Counted from the first letter of the stretch, positions 17,706 through 31,940 are shown. The stretch: DNA of 64,000 nucleotides from Eledone cirrhosa (GCA_964016885.1 CAXHJY010001591.1:1-64000); one strand, 5' to 3'. The notes: generated by a model from the sequence alone, not told the origin. Program-made: numbers and translations.

Positions 17706-18633
17706 TATAACATGTGATTGTAAGATCATTATTTACATCAACGTATCACTCAAGACTAGCAGTTTGAAATTGTGGTATACATCAGCAGCTTCGCTTGTAT
17801 AGTTGGGGTCTATATTCTAAGGGGGCTCTTTTATATTAGTTGTCGGGGTCAGGGATTGAAGGTTAAAAATTAGATAATATATAATTTACGCATTAAAAGT
17901 AAAGATTAAATTAGAAGACTTGGGATCCCGTAGAAGCACCTTTAAAAATCCCTCAATAAGTGCATAAAGCTTAAAGGCTCCAATAAACCTAATAAACTAG
18001 GAGAAATTAAGAGGCTAATAAAATAAAATAAAATAAAAAAAATAAAAATATAGAGTTTCCCTAATAATATAAAGTTTGCTAAGAAATTCCTTCGATAGAA
18101 AAAAAATTTTTTCGAAAGAAAAAAACTTTCTTCCCCCGAGATCACGTTAACAAATTTCAGAAAACTTACGAGGTTTTGATATTCCCTACTAAGTTGAAAG
18201 AAACTAATCAATTAAAGGTTAATTCAAAGAGCCTTCAATAAATCTCTCAGAAAAGGCCCCTTTAATATTTTTAATAGGAGCTTCCTCCGAGAGACCCTTC
18301 GAAGAATTAAAATTTTAGAGAGCCCTTAAGGATATATATAAACGAATTGAGGAAAATTATAAATTAAAAGTTAAAAATTACGGTATTTGGGATATCCGAG
18401 GAATTTTCAAAGGGCTGCTTCAACAGATACAACTGAGGCATAATAGATACAATAATTTAAGTAATTTAAGTAATTTAATTAGGGAGCAATTCAAAGAGTT
18501 TATCAAGTTGGGCAAGATTAAAGAAAGTGGTAAATAAGAAAATACATAAGCAAAAAGACAATAATTATAAAATGTATTTTTAAGAAGGTATAAGGTAGCT
18601 TCAGTAATCTAATAATGTACTATCAAAAAATTA

Positions 18634-18884
18634 AGGATTAACAAAGACATAATAATATATTCCTGCCTAATTAACAAGTAATCAATACACTATTAACAGT
18701 CAGGCAAAATTTGCTCAGGGATATCCCGCGCTCGGATACTTTACACACATACAGCAACACATAGGATTAACACAGACTTAATGTTATATTCCTGCCTAAT
18801 TAACAAACAATCAATTAACAATTGATGGTCAAGAAAATGTACTCAGGGATATCCCGCGCACGGATATTTACATACATACAGCAG
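18634..18884. repeat. Tandem duplication, ~129 bp x2
   Basis: aggattaac..tattcctgcctaattaacaa..ctcagggatatcccgcgc..catacagca occurs twice. Confidence 0.85.
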
Positions 18885-20504
18885 GATGAACAGTACTGGT
18901 GACCTTGTGGGCGCGATATCCATTATGCGTATGTAGTCATCTGCATAGCTCCAGGCACAGTTGGTCTTGTTTAAAAGTTCATAGTCCACGGATCAACTGT
19001 GATTCACTATCAGCTGTGTGGACTCTCTGGGAAATGTACCTGTGGATCAAATAGCTAGTGGTTGCTGGGTGTGGTCCGTTCGATCTTTTAGTTTTGGGGG
19101 TTGCACGCGTTTGCGATAGATCAGCCTGCCGGTTCCAAATCCAAGGTCTCGCTACATAGGATGTATTGGTCTACATGCTATATTGGTAAAAAAAAACCAG
19201 TGTGGATTTGACTGGGGTGGTGTACTACGAACTCCAAGCCCACACGCGACTCGTCAAATGCGAAGGGCTGTCCCCTCTTTGTTTGCTGTATTGTGTCGGT
19301 TCCAGCTTAGATGGTGGTCGTGTTATCCATATTCCGTCAGCCCTGTATATTCAAGACAGATCAGGGTATATATTTGCGGGTATGGTCCGGCGTCTACGCT
19401 ATCCAAAGGGTCTCTCTTGTGGTATTTTCAAGTTCGCATGTCATCTCCCGGTTAAGACTGCGCATGCTTCGGTGAATCTCATGCATGGAATCTTGGGGTA
19501 TCATATTACACGGGGTGACTAGCAGAAAATATATATTCTATGCTATCGCGCACGCGTTGGCCTGTGGCTACGACCGTGTCCAGTCTCGGGTAGTAGCAGA
19601 CAGCGGGTAGACCAGCTAGACACACCCCTGTTCAAGGGGCACAACCCCTAACTTATCGAGTGGTCAGACATCAAGGGAGTCAACTCTCCAAGCCCATTAA
19701 GTCAACTGTGGTAAAATACAAAAAAATCCCTTTTAGTAAAGAACTAATCACTAATAATAAAGAAGAACTAACTCAAAAGAAGTGAGTGGGGGAGAATGGG
19801 GAGGGGCATCTATTTGGGCGGGGGGTTTACTAGGGGAGGGGGGGGGTGATTGGTTATAGGCAGGGAGCGGCCACCATATTGGGTGTTTTGTTACTGTTTC
19901 CCTGGGCATGTTCCCGAGTTTGTTGACATACATCTCCGACGGCACCTTCCCAGATTAGTCAACGTGGGTCCAGGCACTCACAATGTCCTACACGCAGGCA
20001 TCAGCTGCCCCCAGGGTGCCCAGCAACAATGCTGCCACCAATCCCAAGTTGCCAAGTGGGACACATGGTCGTCTGTTCCTCACCAGAGTCCCCATCGGCA
20101 ATCGGGGAGCCGAGGCATCAATGCGGCCGGGGTTACTAAAGAGCACCCTGTTCGCCAGCGGGGCCGCCAAATGCGGGACAGGGTGGTGTCAGGGCTATGT
20201 GTCTGGTCTGAAGAAAAAGAAAGAGCTAAGTATAGTATGGGGGCAGGACGAGAAGATTTCTGATCTCCTGTTGAGCAAGTTGAGTCCTGAGAATACTATG
20301 ACATGAGATTCAGATAGGCACAAGCTACAATCATGGCACAGACTGAGGTGAGTGGTCAAGTTAACATACAAGCCACAGGTGGCCAGAGTGTTTTGGTAGA
20401 ATGGAAAAAATAAAATATATTTACATACTCACAACCACATACAAAAACACTTACACACATATATATATATATATATGTGTGCATACCTACACATACACAC
20501 ACAC

Positions 20505-20581
<77 letters not shown>

Positions 20582-20637
20582 TATACACACACATACATGT
20601 GTGTGTGTATACACATATATATACATATACACACACA

Positions 20638-20669
<32 letters not shown>

Positions 20670-21844
20670 TCCAAACATCTTATCCACCGAAACTCGGCCG
20701 TTTCGGACCATACCAAAATCAAAATACTGATTGCGGATTTGGTACGAGTGATGAGAAATGTGTCCCGCATGTGCAACCCCGAAGAACTAGAGAGACACAT
20801 ACAACACTTCATCCACCGTATGCAGTTCTCTGGCTACAATCAGAGAGATAGAATCAGAGTGTATAGAGGAGCCAGAACCAAATGGGAAAAAATGGTAAAT
20901 AATGACATAAATGGGACCTGCCCCTTGTATAGGAACAAATTTTGGAATAGAATAGAAAGAACTAGGAACAAGGCTAATAAAATAAACTCATGGTATGATA
21001 GCAATAAATACCAGAGTATAATGTTCATCGATACAACCCCTAGAGGTGAATTAGCTTACAAATTTAGAAGGGCCCTAAATAAACATAAACTCAATATTAA
21101 GATAGTAGAAAGACCAGGTACCTCCGTAAAAACACTTATTAGCAAGACATACCCTTTTCAAAGACCCTCATGTATAGATAAGAAATGTATAACCTGTAAA
21201 ATAAGCCCCCATATTAACTGTAAAACTAGAAATGTAGTGTATAGCATAAGATGTACTGAAGGACAATGTAGAGACAAAAATATAGTGTACATAGGTGAGA
21301 CAGCTCGTAGTGTAGGGGAACGGATAAATGAACACTGGCGAGACCTTCAAGATAGTAAAGAATCATCTGTACTCTACCAACATAGGTGAGACAGCTCGTA
21401 GTGTAGGGGAACGGATAAATGAACATTGGCGAGACCTTCAAGATAGTAAAGAATCATCTGTACTCTACCAACATGCTAAAATAGAACACAAGGGTAAATT
21501 AGAGAACATAGAAATAAAAATAGAATCTACACACAGAAAAGACGCAATGTTTAGACAAATTACAGAGGCAATAAACATAAAAGAATTACAACCAAAATTA
21601 AATAGAAAATATGAGTGTAACAGCAACATCACAACTTACAATTAAGGACAAAATGAAAAAACACACACACATAGAACAAACAACCAACCAGTAACATGAA
21701 ATAAACAAATAAATAAATGAACATAAACACACACAGACACCCGGATGTGGCGCATGCGCAGACTGAGCACACAACACACACACAGAAACAAAATGGCGTA
21801 GGACAGAACAAAGGAGAGGCACAGAAACAAAGAAAGGAATCCCC

Positions 21845-21889
21845 AGTCACTGAAGAGGTCACAGAGTGTGTGACGAAAGAACTATGACT
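21845..21889 (+). ncRNA. Minimal type I hammerhead ribozyme (family G)
   Basis: AGTCA-CTGAAGA-G-GTCAC/GTGAC-GAAA-GAAC-TA-TGACT. Confidence 0.75.
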
Positions 21890-22030
21890 ATGTATAAACA
21901 ACTATCTGGTTGTGGAACCAACCAACCAACCAGAAATTTATAAATTTATAAATTTATTATAAATTTATTATAAATTTATTATAATAAATTGAAGTGAAAG
22001 CAACTGGTACGTGTTTTTCTTATTGGCAAC

Positions 22031-25000
22031 ATGACCCTCCCAAAGTATAACAATATCGGTTTCAACACACGATTTCAGATAAAGAATCTTGCTAAACAAA
22101 TTCAGAAACGAAATATCGTAAGCCTTAGCCAGGCTAACAAGATACTGAAAACCACCATGTTCTGTTGTCTACGAAAAACCATAACATCTCGACAACTACA
22201 CTTCATAAAAGAATGTGCCTCGTCCCGAGTTTACACCAACACCATCAACACCGACGTTAGAAGATTACAACTCACCAAAAAACAAGCAGATAGGCTAAAA
22301 CGAACATTAATTCTAAACATAAAAAAGAAGATCTATAGAGAATTAAGTCATCAAGAAAAACATAAGCGTAACCTAATACAAGAAATAGCTAGGATCACCA
22401 CACCAAGAGAGAAACTAATATTTATAAGCCTTATGCGCCCTGAAGAACAGTACATTACTCAAGAATGTGATAAGCACTTTAACAAGAAACTAAAGTGGCT
22501 TAAGCAGATAAAGCTAAATCAGGATACTATAGAGAATACCAATAGATATCCCGACAAAATTGACGGTATAAATATGGCCGACACCTCATTAACAGATGAG
22601 TTCAACAACAACAACAAAACAAATATATATGGTAACACAATAATAGATAATGACGAGTTATCTGTGTTGTGTTTACCCCCGAAATTTGCGACAATCAAGA
22701 AGGTAAATATGATTAGTTGTCTGTCAGAAATAGAAAAATCATTTACAAAACTACGCTGGAGCCTCAAAAACAGAAACAAAAACAAAAACAAAAGCAACAA
22801 TATACGCACACACATATACAACACACATCCCAACAACAACAGACACACAGACACGAACAACAATAACAACAACACACACACCAACAACAACAACAATAAC
22901 AACATACCCAGAAACAACAACAACAGACACGCATACACAAACAACAATAACAACACACACAACAACAATAACACACACGGAGACAACAACAACACACATC
23001 AACAACAGCACACATCAACAACAACAACACACACACATTCAATGCCTCTCACCACCACCACAATCTTAACAAACACACAGACACAGAAAACAAGTAATGA
23101 CAGTAGCACAGAAATCACAGAAATAAGGGAAAGTAATAGGATTAAAAAGAGAAGGGAGACTAAGGACAAAGAGAATAACCAAGACGAACACACAGACACA
23201 CAAAATAGGGTAGATAACAACAATGAGCCAGTGGAAAGAGACAGGAGTAATTATGAGAGACATAGAAACAACCATGAGGCTGTTGGTGGAAATAGAAATA
23301 GAAACAACACAACTAACAATAACAATAGCACTAGTACACATAAAGCAGCAGCCTGGAACTCTACGTTTTATAATCCCTCCGATAAATCGTTCGACCTGCG
23401 ACGAGTCCACGCCACGACTTTACCATTTAACAAATGCACACAATTGCCGTCGCAGGTCGATGAACAAACATAAGCTCAATTTAGTATAGCTAGATCTGAA
23501 CTTAGAAATATTATAGAACAGTATAGCAAGAAGCATAATAGAATGGAGGCCCAGCAATTGGGAGAAAAATCTGAAAATGGCTTGCGTAAGCTCATGCAGC
23601 GCTCACGTAATGGAGAGATAGCATGCTTTCCAACAGACAAGTCTGGCAGAATGTCGGTTGACAGCCTGCCAAACTACATCCAGGCAATGTAACTCCACAT
23701 CACTAACACAAGAGAGGTAACACCACAGGAGCATGAGGATAGAGAAAAAGCCCTCAATGCCCATATGGTGATGTGGACGAATATAATGCAGCCCAACAAA
23801 AGGACTGCCAACAACTTCCAGGCCTGGAACAATGACGTGCCGGCGTTGTATGGGCTTCGAAAGGACCATAAAACGGGCAGTGACCCTGTCGCGGGACCAC
23901 CAACACGGCCAGTCTGTGGAGCTAACGTTGCTAGTAACTACAGACTGTCCTACTTCCTCTCCCTGATCATACGCCCCATCATTGAAATGTCCCCAGATGT
24001 ATGTGACAGCACGGAGGACCTCCTCAGCAGAATCGGCGTGAGTAACCGATCTAGGGACCTAACAAACTGCATAATAGGCAGTATGGATGTTGTGTCCCTG
24101 TATCCATCTATTGACGTGGATTTTGCTGTGGAGAAATGCGTAAAAATGATCAGTGAGAGCAAGGTTGAGTTCCGTGGGATTGATACCAGTGAGCTGGGAC
24201 TCCTACTTAAGCTTACCCATAGTAATAATTACCTAGACACATATGACCTTAGCAACCTGTGCCCTACAAGACCAGCAAGAGGCAGACCACCTACCATTAC
24301 CTCAATAGCCAAGAAAACCCACACAGATAGATGGAACGGGTGGACCAGAGCCATACGGACACCTGAAAACCACGATGAACTGAAGAAAATGATTGCACAT
24401 GCGGTAGGGGCCAGCATAAAACTAACCCTTAAGGAACATATGTTCAAATTTAATGGAAAAACATATGCCCAAGAGGAAGGAGCAGCCATTGGTGTTAGCA
24501 TTGCAGGCGACATAACTAACTTATTCATGGTATGGTGGGACAGTAGACTTAAACTTAAACTTAAAGAACAATTAGAAGACCCCTTAACCCTGATAATGTA
24601 CTCCCGCTACGTTGATGATATAAACATCGTAGTTAAGACACCCCCACTAGAGAACAGTCAGGAACTAGAGAAAAACACAATGGAAAGCATCCAGCAAATA
24701 GCAAACTCCATCCACCAGAGCATTAGAGTTACTATAGACTACCCAAGTAAACACCCCAACCATCGATTACCTGTACTAGACACAGAGCTCTGGTTAGATA
24801 CCATTAACAACAAAAAACAAATCCTCCATTCCCATTATGCCAAACCCATGACTTCCAAACATCTGATCCACCGAAACTCGGCCGTTTCGGACCATACCAA
24901 AATCAACATACTGATTGCGGATTTGGTACGAGTGATGAGAAATGTGTCCCACATGTGCAACCCCGAAGAACTAGAGAGACACATACAACACTTCATCAAC

Positions 25001-25798
25001 CGTATGCAGTTCTCTGGCTACAATCAGAGAGATAAAATCAGAGTGTATAGAGGAGCCAGAACCAAATGGGAAAAAATGGTAAATAATGATATAAATGGGA
25101 CATGCCCCTTGTATAGGAGCAAATTTTGGAATAGAATAGAAAGAACTAGGAACAAGGCTAATAGAATAAACTCATGGTATGATAGCAATAAATACCAGAG
25201 TGTAATGTTCATCGATACAACCCCTAAAGGTGAATTAGCTTACAAATTTAGAAGGGCCCTAAATAAACATAAACTCAATATTAAGATAGTAGAAAGACCA
25301 GGTACCTCCATAAAAACACTTATTAGCAAGACATACCCTTTTGAAAGACCCTCATGTATAGATAAGAAATGTATAGCCTGTAAAATAAGCCCCCATACTA
25401 ACTGTAAAACTAGAAATGTAGTGTATAGCATAAGATGTACTGAAGGACAATGTAGAGACAAAAATATAGCGTACATAGGTGAGACAGCTCGTAGTGTAGG
25501 GGAACGGATAAATGAACACTGGCGAGACCTTCAAGATAGTAAAGAATCATCTGTACTCTACCAACATGCTAAAATAGAACACAAGGGTAAATTAGAGAAC
25601 ATAGAAATAAAAATAGAATCTACACACAGAAAAGACGCAATGTTTAGACAAATTACAGAGGCAATAAACATAAAAGAATTACAACCAAAATTAAATAGAA
25701 AATATGAGTGGAACAGCAACATCACAACTTACAATTCAGGACAAAATGAAAACACACACACACATAGAACAAACAACCAACCAGTAACATGTGAATAA
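22031..25798 (+). pseudogene. PLE RT-GIY-YIG polyprotein (~1250 codons) broken by two in-frame TAA stops
   Basis: ORFs 22031-23473 and 23765-25798 share a frame, with PTDKSGR between them. Motifs LYGLRKDHK, MDVVSLYPSI, YVDD, CIDKKCIAC, VVY..C..C..YIGET..RINEH. A Kozak-like ACCACCATG at 22157 is an alternative start. Confidence 0.9.
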
Positions 25799-25938
25799 AC
25801 AAATAAATAAATGAACATAAACACACACAGACACCTGGATGTGGCGCATGCGTAGACTGAGCACACAACACACACACAGAAACAAAATGGCGTAGGACAG
25901 AACAAAGGAGAGGAACAGAAACAAAGAAAGGAATCCCC

Positions 25939-25983
25939 AGTCACTGAAGAGGTCACAGAGTGTGTGACGAAAGAACTATGACT
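25939..25983 (+). ncRNA. Minimal type I hammerhead ribozyme (family G)
   Basis: Same sequence as 21845-21889, in the 3' pLTR. Confidence 0.75.
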
Positions 25984-26262
25984 ATGTATAAACAACTATT
26001 TGGTTGTGGAACCAACCAACCAACCAGAAATTTATAAATTTATAAATTTATTATAAATTTATTATAATAAATTGAAGTGAAAGCAACTGGTGCGTGTGTT
26101 TTCTTATTGGCAACATGACCCTCCCAAAGTATAACAATATCGGTTTCAACACACGATTTCAGATAAAGAATCTTGCTAAACAAATTCAGAAACGAATGAT
26201 ATATATATACATATATATATATATACATATATATACATATATATATATATACATATATATAC

Positions 26263-26347
<85 letters not shown>

Positions 26348-26362
26348 CACATATATATATAC

Positions 26363-26544
<182 letters not shown>

Positions 26545-26565
26545 ATATATATATATATATATATA

Positions 26566-28627
26566 CGATAACAAGGTGTCGAGATGTTTCTTAAAGACAT
26601 CCACCTCCACGTCATGCAAGTCTCTCAGATGCCTCGGCAGCCTGTTGAAGAGTTGAGGGCCCTTGAATCCCAGGCTATTGCAATACCCGCTCCTTATTCT
26701 AGATGTGGAAGGCGGGACCTTTGGCACCACACAGTGACGTCCTGTTCGACGGTTGGTCCAGCTCCCAATGCCAAAGTTTGGTGCTAGTCCCTCCAGGATT
26801 TTCCACATGTAGATCACTGCGTATCTCTCCCGTCTTCGCTCCAAGGAGTAGAGGTTCAGTTCCTTTAGCCTCTCCCAGTAGCTTGTCTCCCTCATCTTGG
26901 CAATCCTCTTGGTGTAGCTTCGCTGGATTGCCTCAAGCTCCGTGGTTAGTTTGACACTATGGGGTGACCACAACTGGGAGCAGTAGTCCAGGCGGCTTAG
27001 GACGAAAGTCCTCCACAGTGTCAACATGGTGTCTCGATCTCTTGTCCGGAAAGTCCTCAAGATCCAGCCAGCGAGTCGTCTACATGTTGTCGCCACTTTC
27101 ATGATGTGTGAAGAAAAAGATGCATCATCGCTCATGTCTATGCCCAGGTCTCGTATCGATTTTGACACGGGGATATCGGTCCCTCCTGGTCCTGTGTAGC
27201 TGTGTTCCACTATATTTGTGTTTGCAGGTTTGTATTGTAGGGCTTGGAATTTGCCAGCATTAAACTGCATGTTGTTTTCTTCCGCCCATCTGTATATGGC
27301 ATCCAGATCCTGCTGTAAAAGGGCAGCGTCAGTCGGGTTTTTGATTGCCTGTGCTACCTTAGTGTCATCAGCATAGCTAGTGAGGGATGTTGTTGCATGC
27401 ACCACAGAGGGCATGTCTGAGAGAGCCACCAAAAACAGTAGTGGTCCCAGGACTGTCCCCTAGGGCACCCCACTTGTTATCGGTGTTTCCCTCGAGAGGG
27501 CCCCATTTGCTGCGACTGCCTGGCTTCTGTCCCTTAGGAAGCCATGCAGCCACTCACCTACTTTTCCAGTTATGCCGAGTCCGTGTAGTTTGTGACATAT
27601 CATTCCGTGGTCGACCTTGTCAAAGGCCTTCGCAAAGTCAAGATATATCACGTCCACATGTGAGCTGTCTAGTAGTTGTCTCAGTACCCAGTCATAGTGA
27701 TGTAGCAGCTGTGTAAGGCAGCTTCTTCCTGGGCGGAAGCCATGTTGCGTGCTAGTCAGGCGGTCATTTTCTTCGAGGAAAGTGATTAGTTTCTTTCTGA
27801 CGACTCGCTCCATGACCTTACTGATATGCGACGTCAGGGAGACTGGCCTATAGTTCTTGGCCTCCGCACTACTACCTCCTTTATGGATAGGGCATATTGT
27901 GCCTTCTTTCAGCTCCCTGGGTAGTACACCGCTAGCCAAGGAGCTTCTGAAGAGCATCTTCAGTGGAGTTGCTAAGGCCCGCTTACATATTTTTAGGAGA
28001 ACTGCTGGGAATCCATCAGGTCCAGCAGCCGAGTCTGTTCTAATTTCATCAATGGCGTACACCACATCCTCCTCCGTTATGTCTATGTGGTTGATGGTTG
28101 CCATTTCTTGATGTAGTGTTGTGGCATCAAAGAACTCCTCTGGCTTCGTCATTTGCATGTGCCTCAGTGGACATGTGAACACACCTTTGTACTGTTCGTT
28201 CAGTATTTCACATATCTCTTGGGGGTTTTCGGTTAATGAACCGTCCGTGTGGAAGAGTGGCCCAATCTTTCAGTGTACTGAGGCAGTTTCTTTTGCAAAT
28301 TTAAAGAAGGCCTTAGGGTTTGTTTTAATGTTTTCTATGGCCCTGTTCTCTTTCTTTGCCCTCTCATTCTCATGTGAAAGTTTGAGTGCAATCTCGGTGT
28401 CAAGTAGTGCACGTTTCAAATAGGATTCCTTCTTGTTTTTGTTTTGTTGACTATTCAACTGGTTTGAGAGTTTAGTTCTACGTCTCATAAGGATTTTCCT
28501 ATCTCTGGGAATAAGATTTTTGTGTCTGTTTGCCTCTTTCTCCGGGACACACTTTTTGCAGATGGTGTGTATCGTCATGAAGTGTTGAAATTGTGTGTTA
28601 GTGTCTTGTGTGGCGGTGTTTTCACTC
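26566..28627 (-). mobile_element. CR1-group LINE ORF2 fragment (RT to C-terminus)
   Basis: [66 protein letters not shown]. Confidence 0.9.
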
Positions 28628-30492
28628 TGTATATCCGTGAAGATGTCACACCAATTGTACTGTTGACACATTCAAACTCAGTCTGTGACACACTGATAAT
28701 ACATATAAAGCAACTACAGACAGTAATATGTGTCACATATCGGCCTCCCGATTCCCCCAGTCATGAGGGTAAATTTAAGGATAGCCTAAGTAGGATAGAA
28801 GATGTCCTTGACAAACTGGACCAGGGTCTCAACATCCTACTGCTGGGAGACTTCAACCTACCAAAGGTCAAATGGCCTGAGGGCCACCTCCTCCCTGGAA
28901 TGACGTCAATAGAACAGAGACAGACGGAATCCCTGCTGGCCCTCACACACAGGCTGTTCATGGAGCAAGCAATACTCCTCCCAACAAGAGGCGAAAATGT
29001 CCTGGACCTCTGTTTTACAAACAACGAAGTGCTCATCCACAATGTAAAGGTGACACCAACAATTCTCTTGGATCATAACTTAGTAGAGCTAATGATATGT
29101 GGTCCAAGAGAACCAACAGAGACAAAACCACCAAGAAGCTCCGGGACGCTATCCAACCTTAACTTCTACAAGGCTAACTGGAAAAAGATTAAGAGTGAAA
29201 TCCGGAAGCAAACATGGAGTGAAAACACCGCCACACAAGACACTAACACACAATTTCAACACTTCATGACAACGATACACACCATCTGCAAAAAGTGTGT
29301 CCCGGAGAAAGAGGCAAACAGACACAAAAATCTTATTCCCAGAGATAGGAAAATCCTTATGAGACGTAGAACTAAACTCTCAAACCAGTTGAATAGTCAA
29401 CAAAACAAAAACAAGAAGGAATCCTATTTGAAACGTGCACTACTTGACACTGAGATTGCACTCAAACTTTCACATGAGAATGAGAGGGCAAAGAAAGAGA
29501 ACAGGGCCATAGAAAACATTAAAACAAACCCTAAGGCCTTCTTTAAATTTGCAAAAGAAACTGCCTCAGTACACTGAAAGATTGGGCCACTCTTCCACAC
29601 GGACGGTTCATTAACCGAAAAACCCCAAGAGATATGTGAAATACTGAACGAACAGTACAAAGGTGTGTTCACATGTCCACTGAGGCACATGCAAATAACG
29701 AAGCCAGAGGAGTTCTTTGATGCCACAACACTACATCAAGAAATGGCAACCATCAACCACATAGACATAACGGAGGAGGATGTGGTGTACGCCATTGATG
29801 AAATTAGAACAGACTCGGCTGCTGGACCTGATGGATTCCCAGCAGTTCTCTTAAAAATATGTAAGCGGGCCTTAGCAACTCCACTGAAGATGCTCTTCAG
29901 AAGCTCCTTGGCTAGCGGTGTACTACCCAGGGAGCTGAAAGAAGGCACAATATGCCCTATCCATAAAGGAGGTAGCAGAGCGGAGGCCAAAAACTATAGG
30001 CCAGTCTCCCTGACGTCGCATATCAGTAAGGTCATGGAGCGAGTCGTCAGAAAGAAACTGATCACTTTCCTCGAGGAACATGACCGCCTGACTAGCACGC
30101 AACATGGCTTCCGCCCAGGAAGAAGCTGCCTTACACAGCTGCTACATCACTACGACTGGGTACTGAGACAACTACTAGACAGCTCACATGTGGACGTGAT
30201 ATATCTTGACTTTGCGAAGGCCTTTGACAAGAAATGATATGTCACAAACTACACGGACTCGGCATTACTGGAAAAGTAGGTGAGTGGCTGCATGGCTTCC
30301 TAAGGGACAGAAGCCAGGCAGTCGCAGCAAATGGGACCCTCTCGAGGGAAACACCAATAACAAGTCGGGTGCCCCAGGGGACAGTCCTGGGACCACTACT
30401 GTTTTTGGTGGCTCTCTCAGACATGCCCTCTGTAATGCATACAACATCCCTCACTAGCTATGCTGATGACACTAAGGTAGCACAGGCAATCA
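28628..30492 (+). mobile_element. CR1-group LINE ORF2 fragment (APE endonuclease C-half to RT), inverted relative to the left copy
   Basis: TYRPP, LLGDFN, PTRGENVLDL and DH motifs, then RT. 29217-30492 mirrors 27342-28627. Confidence 0.9.
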
Positions 30493-30541
30493 TAAGGAAA
30501 GCATATACTTTCGGACGTTCAACCATCTGGCAGAAAGGTAT

Positions 30542-30584
30542 ACGGTGCTGACGATAGCTAATAAGCTTGAAACTAGTACATCGT
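30542..30584 (+). ncRNA. Minimal type I hammerhead ribozyme (family H) in a short non-coding repeat at ~30493-30720
   Basis: ACGGTG-CTGACGA-T-AGCT/AGCT-T-GAAAC-TA-GTA-CATCGT; palindromic stem III ACTAGT. Confidence 0.75.
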
Positions 30585-30861
30585 TCCTGTGTCAGTGTTG
30601 AACAAAAAGGTGACGTGGTTGCCTAAACACTGTACGGCGTAATTCAGGCTGTTTGTTTGTTTACAAACGAACAAACCGAGCATTATAATAAATGTTCGGT
30701 AAACTGATACGTGCATATATATATGTGTGCCTGTATGTATATATATACATGCTACTGTACGTCTGTATACATATATGTATGTACGTATACATACATACTT
30801 ACATTTAAGTAAGTGCCGTACTAAGAGTGAGAAATGAAATTTCGTTTCATTCTATTCCATT

Positions 30862-31002
<141 letters not shown>

Positions 31003-31140
31003 TAGAAAGTGAGGTTTTTTTTTACAAAATGAAAAATTACCGAGGTGTCCTACACGAGTGAAAGTATAAAGAAAAAGAGATGAAATCGAAAATGCAACTG
31101 GAGTTTTATTTAAAAAAAATATATATATATTTATTTGGTT

Positions 31141-31178
31141 CCGTTACCGGTTTCGCAGTTCTTCTGCTTTTCAAAAGG
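31141..31178 (-). ncRNA. Hammerhead ribozyme, U3-A8 variant (family I)
   Basis: Inverted copy of 31240-31277 with one stem I mismatch. Confidence 0.7.
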
Positions 31179-31239
31179 TGAGTTGAGATGGAGGGTCTGT
31201 GGTTTTTCTCAAAAACCACAGACCCTCCATCTCAACTCA

Positions 31240-31277
31240 CCTTTTGAAAAGCAGAAGAACTGCGAAACCGGTAAAGG
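31240..31277 (+). ncRNA. Minimal hammerhead ribozyme, U3-A8 variant (family I)
   Basis: CCTT-TTGAAAA-GCAG/CTGC-GAAAC-CG-GTA-AAGG; palindromic stem III ACCGGT. Confidence 0.8.
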
Positions 31278-31351
31278 AACCAAATAAATATATATATTTT
31301 CAAAAAAAATAAGACTCCAGTGGCATTTAGATTTCATCTCTTTTTCTATAT

Positions 31352-31440
<89 letters not shown>

Positions 31441-31466
31441 GTATAAAAATCAATACAATATAATTA

Positions 31467-31535
31467 CCTCATTACCAGAGGTTTCCCGAATGAGGCGATA
31501 CGAAAGAAACGTCTTCATTCGTTCGTCAGACGAGG
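31467..31535 (-). ncRNA. Type I hammerhead ribozyme (family J)
   Basis: CCTCGT-CTGACGA-A-CGAATGA/TCATTCG-G-GAAACC-TCT-GGTA-ATGAGG. Confidence 0.75.
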
Positions 31536-31940
31536 CCATATAAAACATGGGTAAATACTTGGAAAGTCTCATCAAGAAAAGCAAAAAAAAAAAAAAAAAA
31601 AATATAGACAAATGAATTACAATATGAAATATATAAAAATCTTGCAAGAAATATAGTTGGGTGTGTGTATTTGTGTGTATATACGCCCACAGATGTGCAT
31701 ATATGTGTATGCACAAATGTATACGTATAGTGAAAAAGTGTGCGTAAATATATATTTTAGGGCAAATGTATCTGTGTATCTGTACACTACAGACAGAATA
31801 GATACATCATAAGTATATGAAGGCACGCGCATAAACACACCTACATACACGTACACTTATATGTGGAAGTAAAAGAGGTAAGGGAGTGTAATAATTAAAG
31901 GAAAGTATCAATCTCGATATATTTATAAAAATGTAACAAT

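Larger units (their letters stand above)
17503..20335 (-). mobile_element. Heavily 5'-truncated Naiad-type PLE with ~2.7 kb 3' region
   Basis: Minus strand 20335-20195 reads DCSLCLSESHVIVFSGLNLLNRRSEIFSSCPH..*. HHR at 17659-17705 on the same strand; ends at (TA)n. Confidence 0.75.
20670..26196 (+). mobile_element. Full-length PLE with direct partial-tandem pLTRs (Neptune/Nematis-like; clade tentative)
   Basis: 20670-22115 repeats 24854-26196 and each copy carries an HHR. The long RT + GIY-YIG frame lies between them; microsatellite flanks. Confidence 0.92.

Noticed and set aside
19183-20306. Several 60-137 aa ORFs in a GC-rich block
   Set aside because: No recognisable domains; they overlap one another and lie in, or antisense to, the Naiad 3' region.
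22031-25798. Two-ORF structure or programmed readthrough
   Set aside because: Both stops are single in-frame TAA codons within conserved PLE sequence; point mutation is the simpler explanation.
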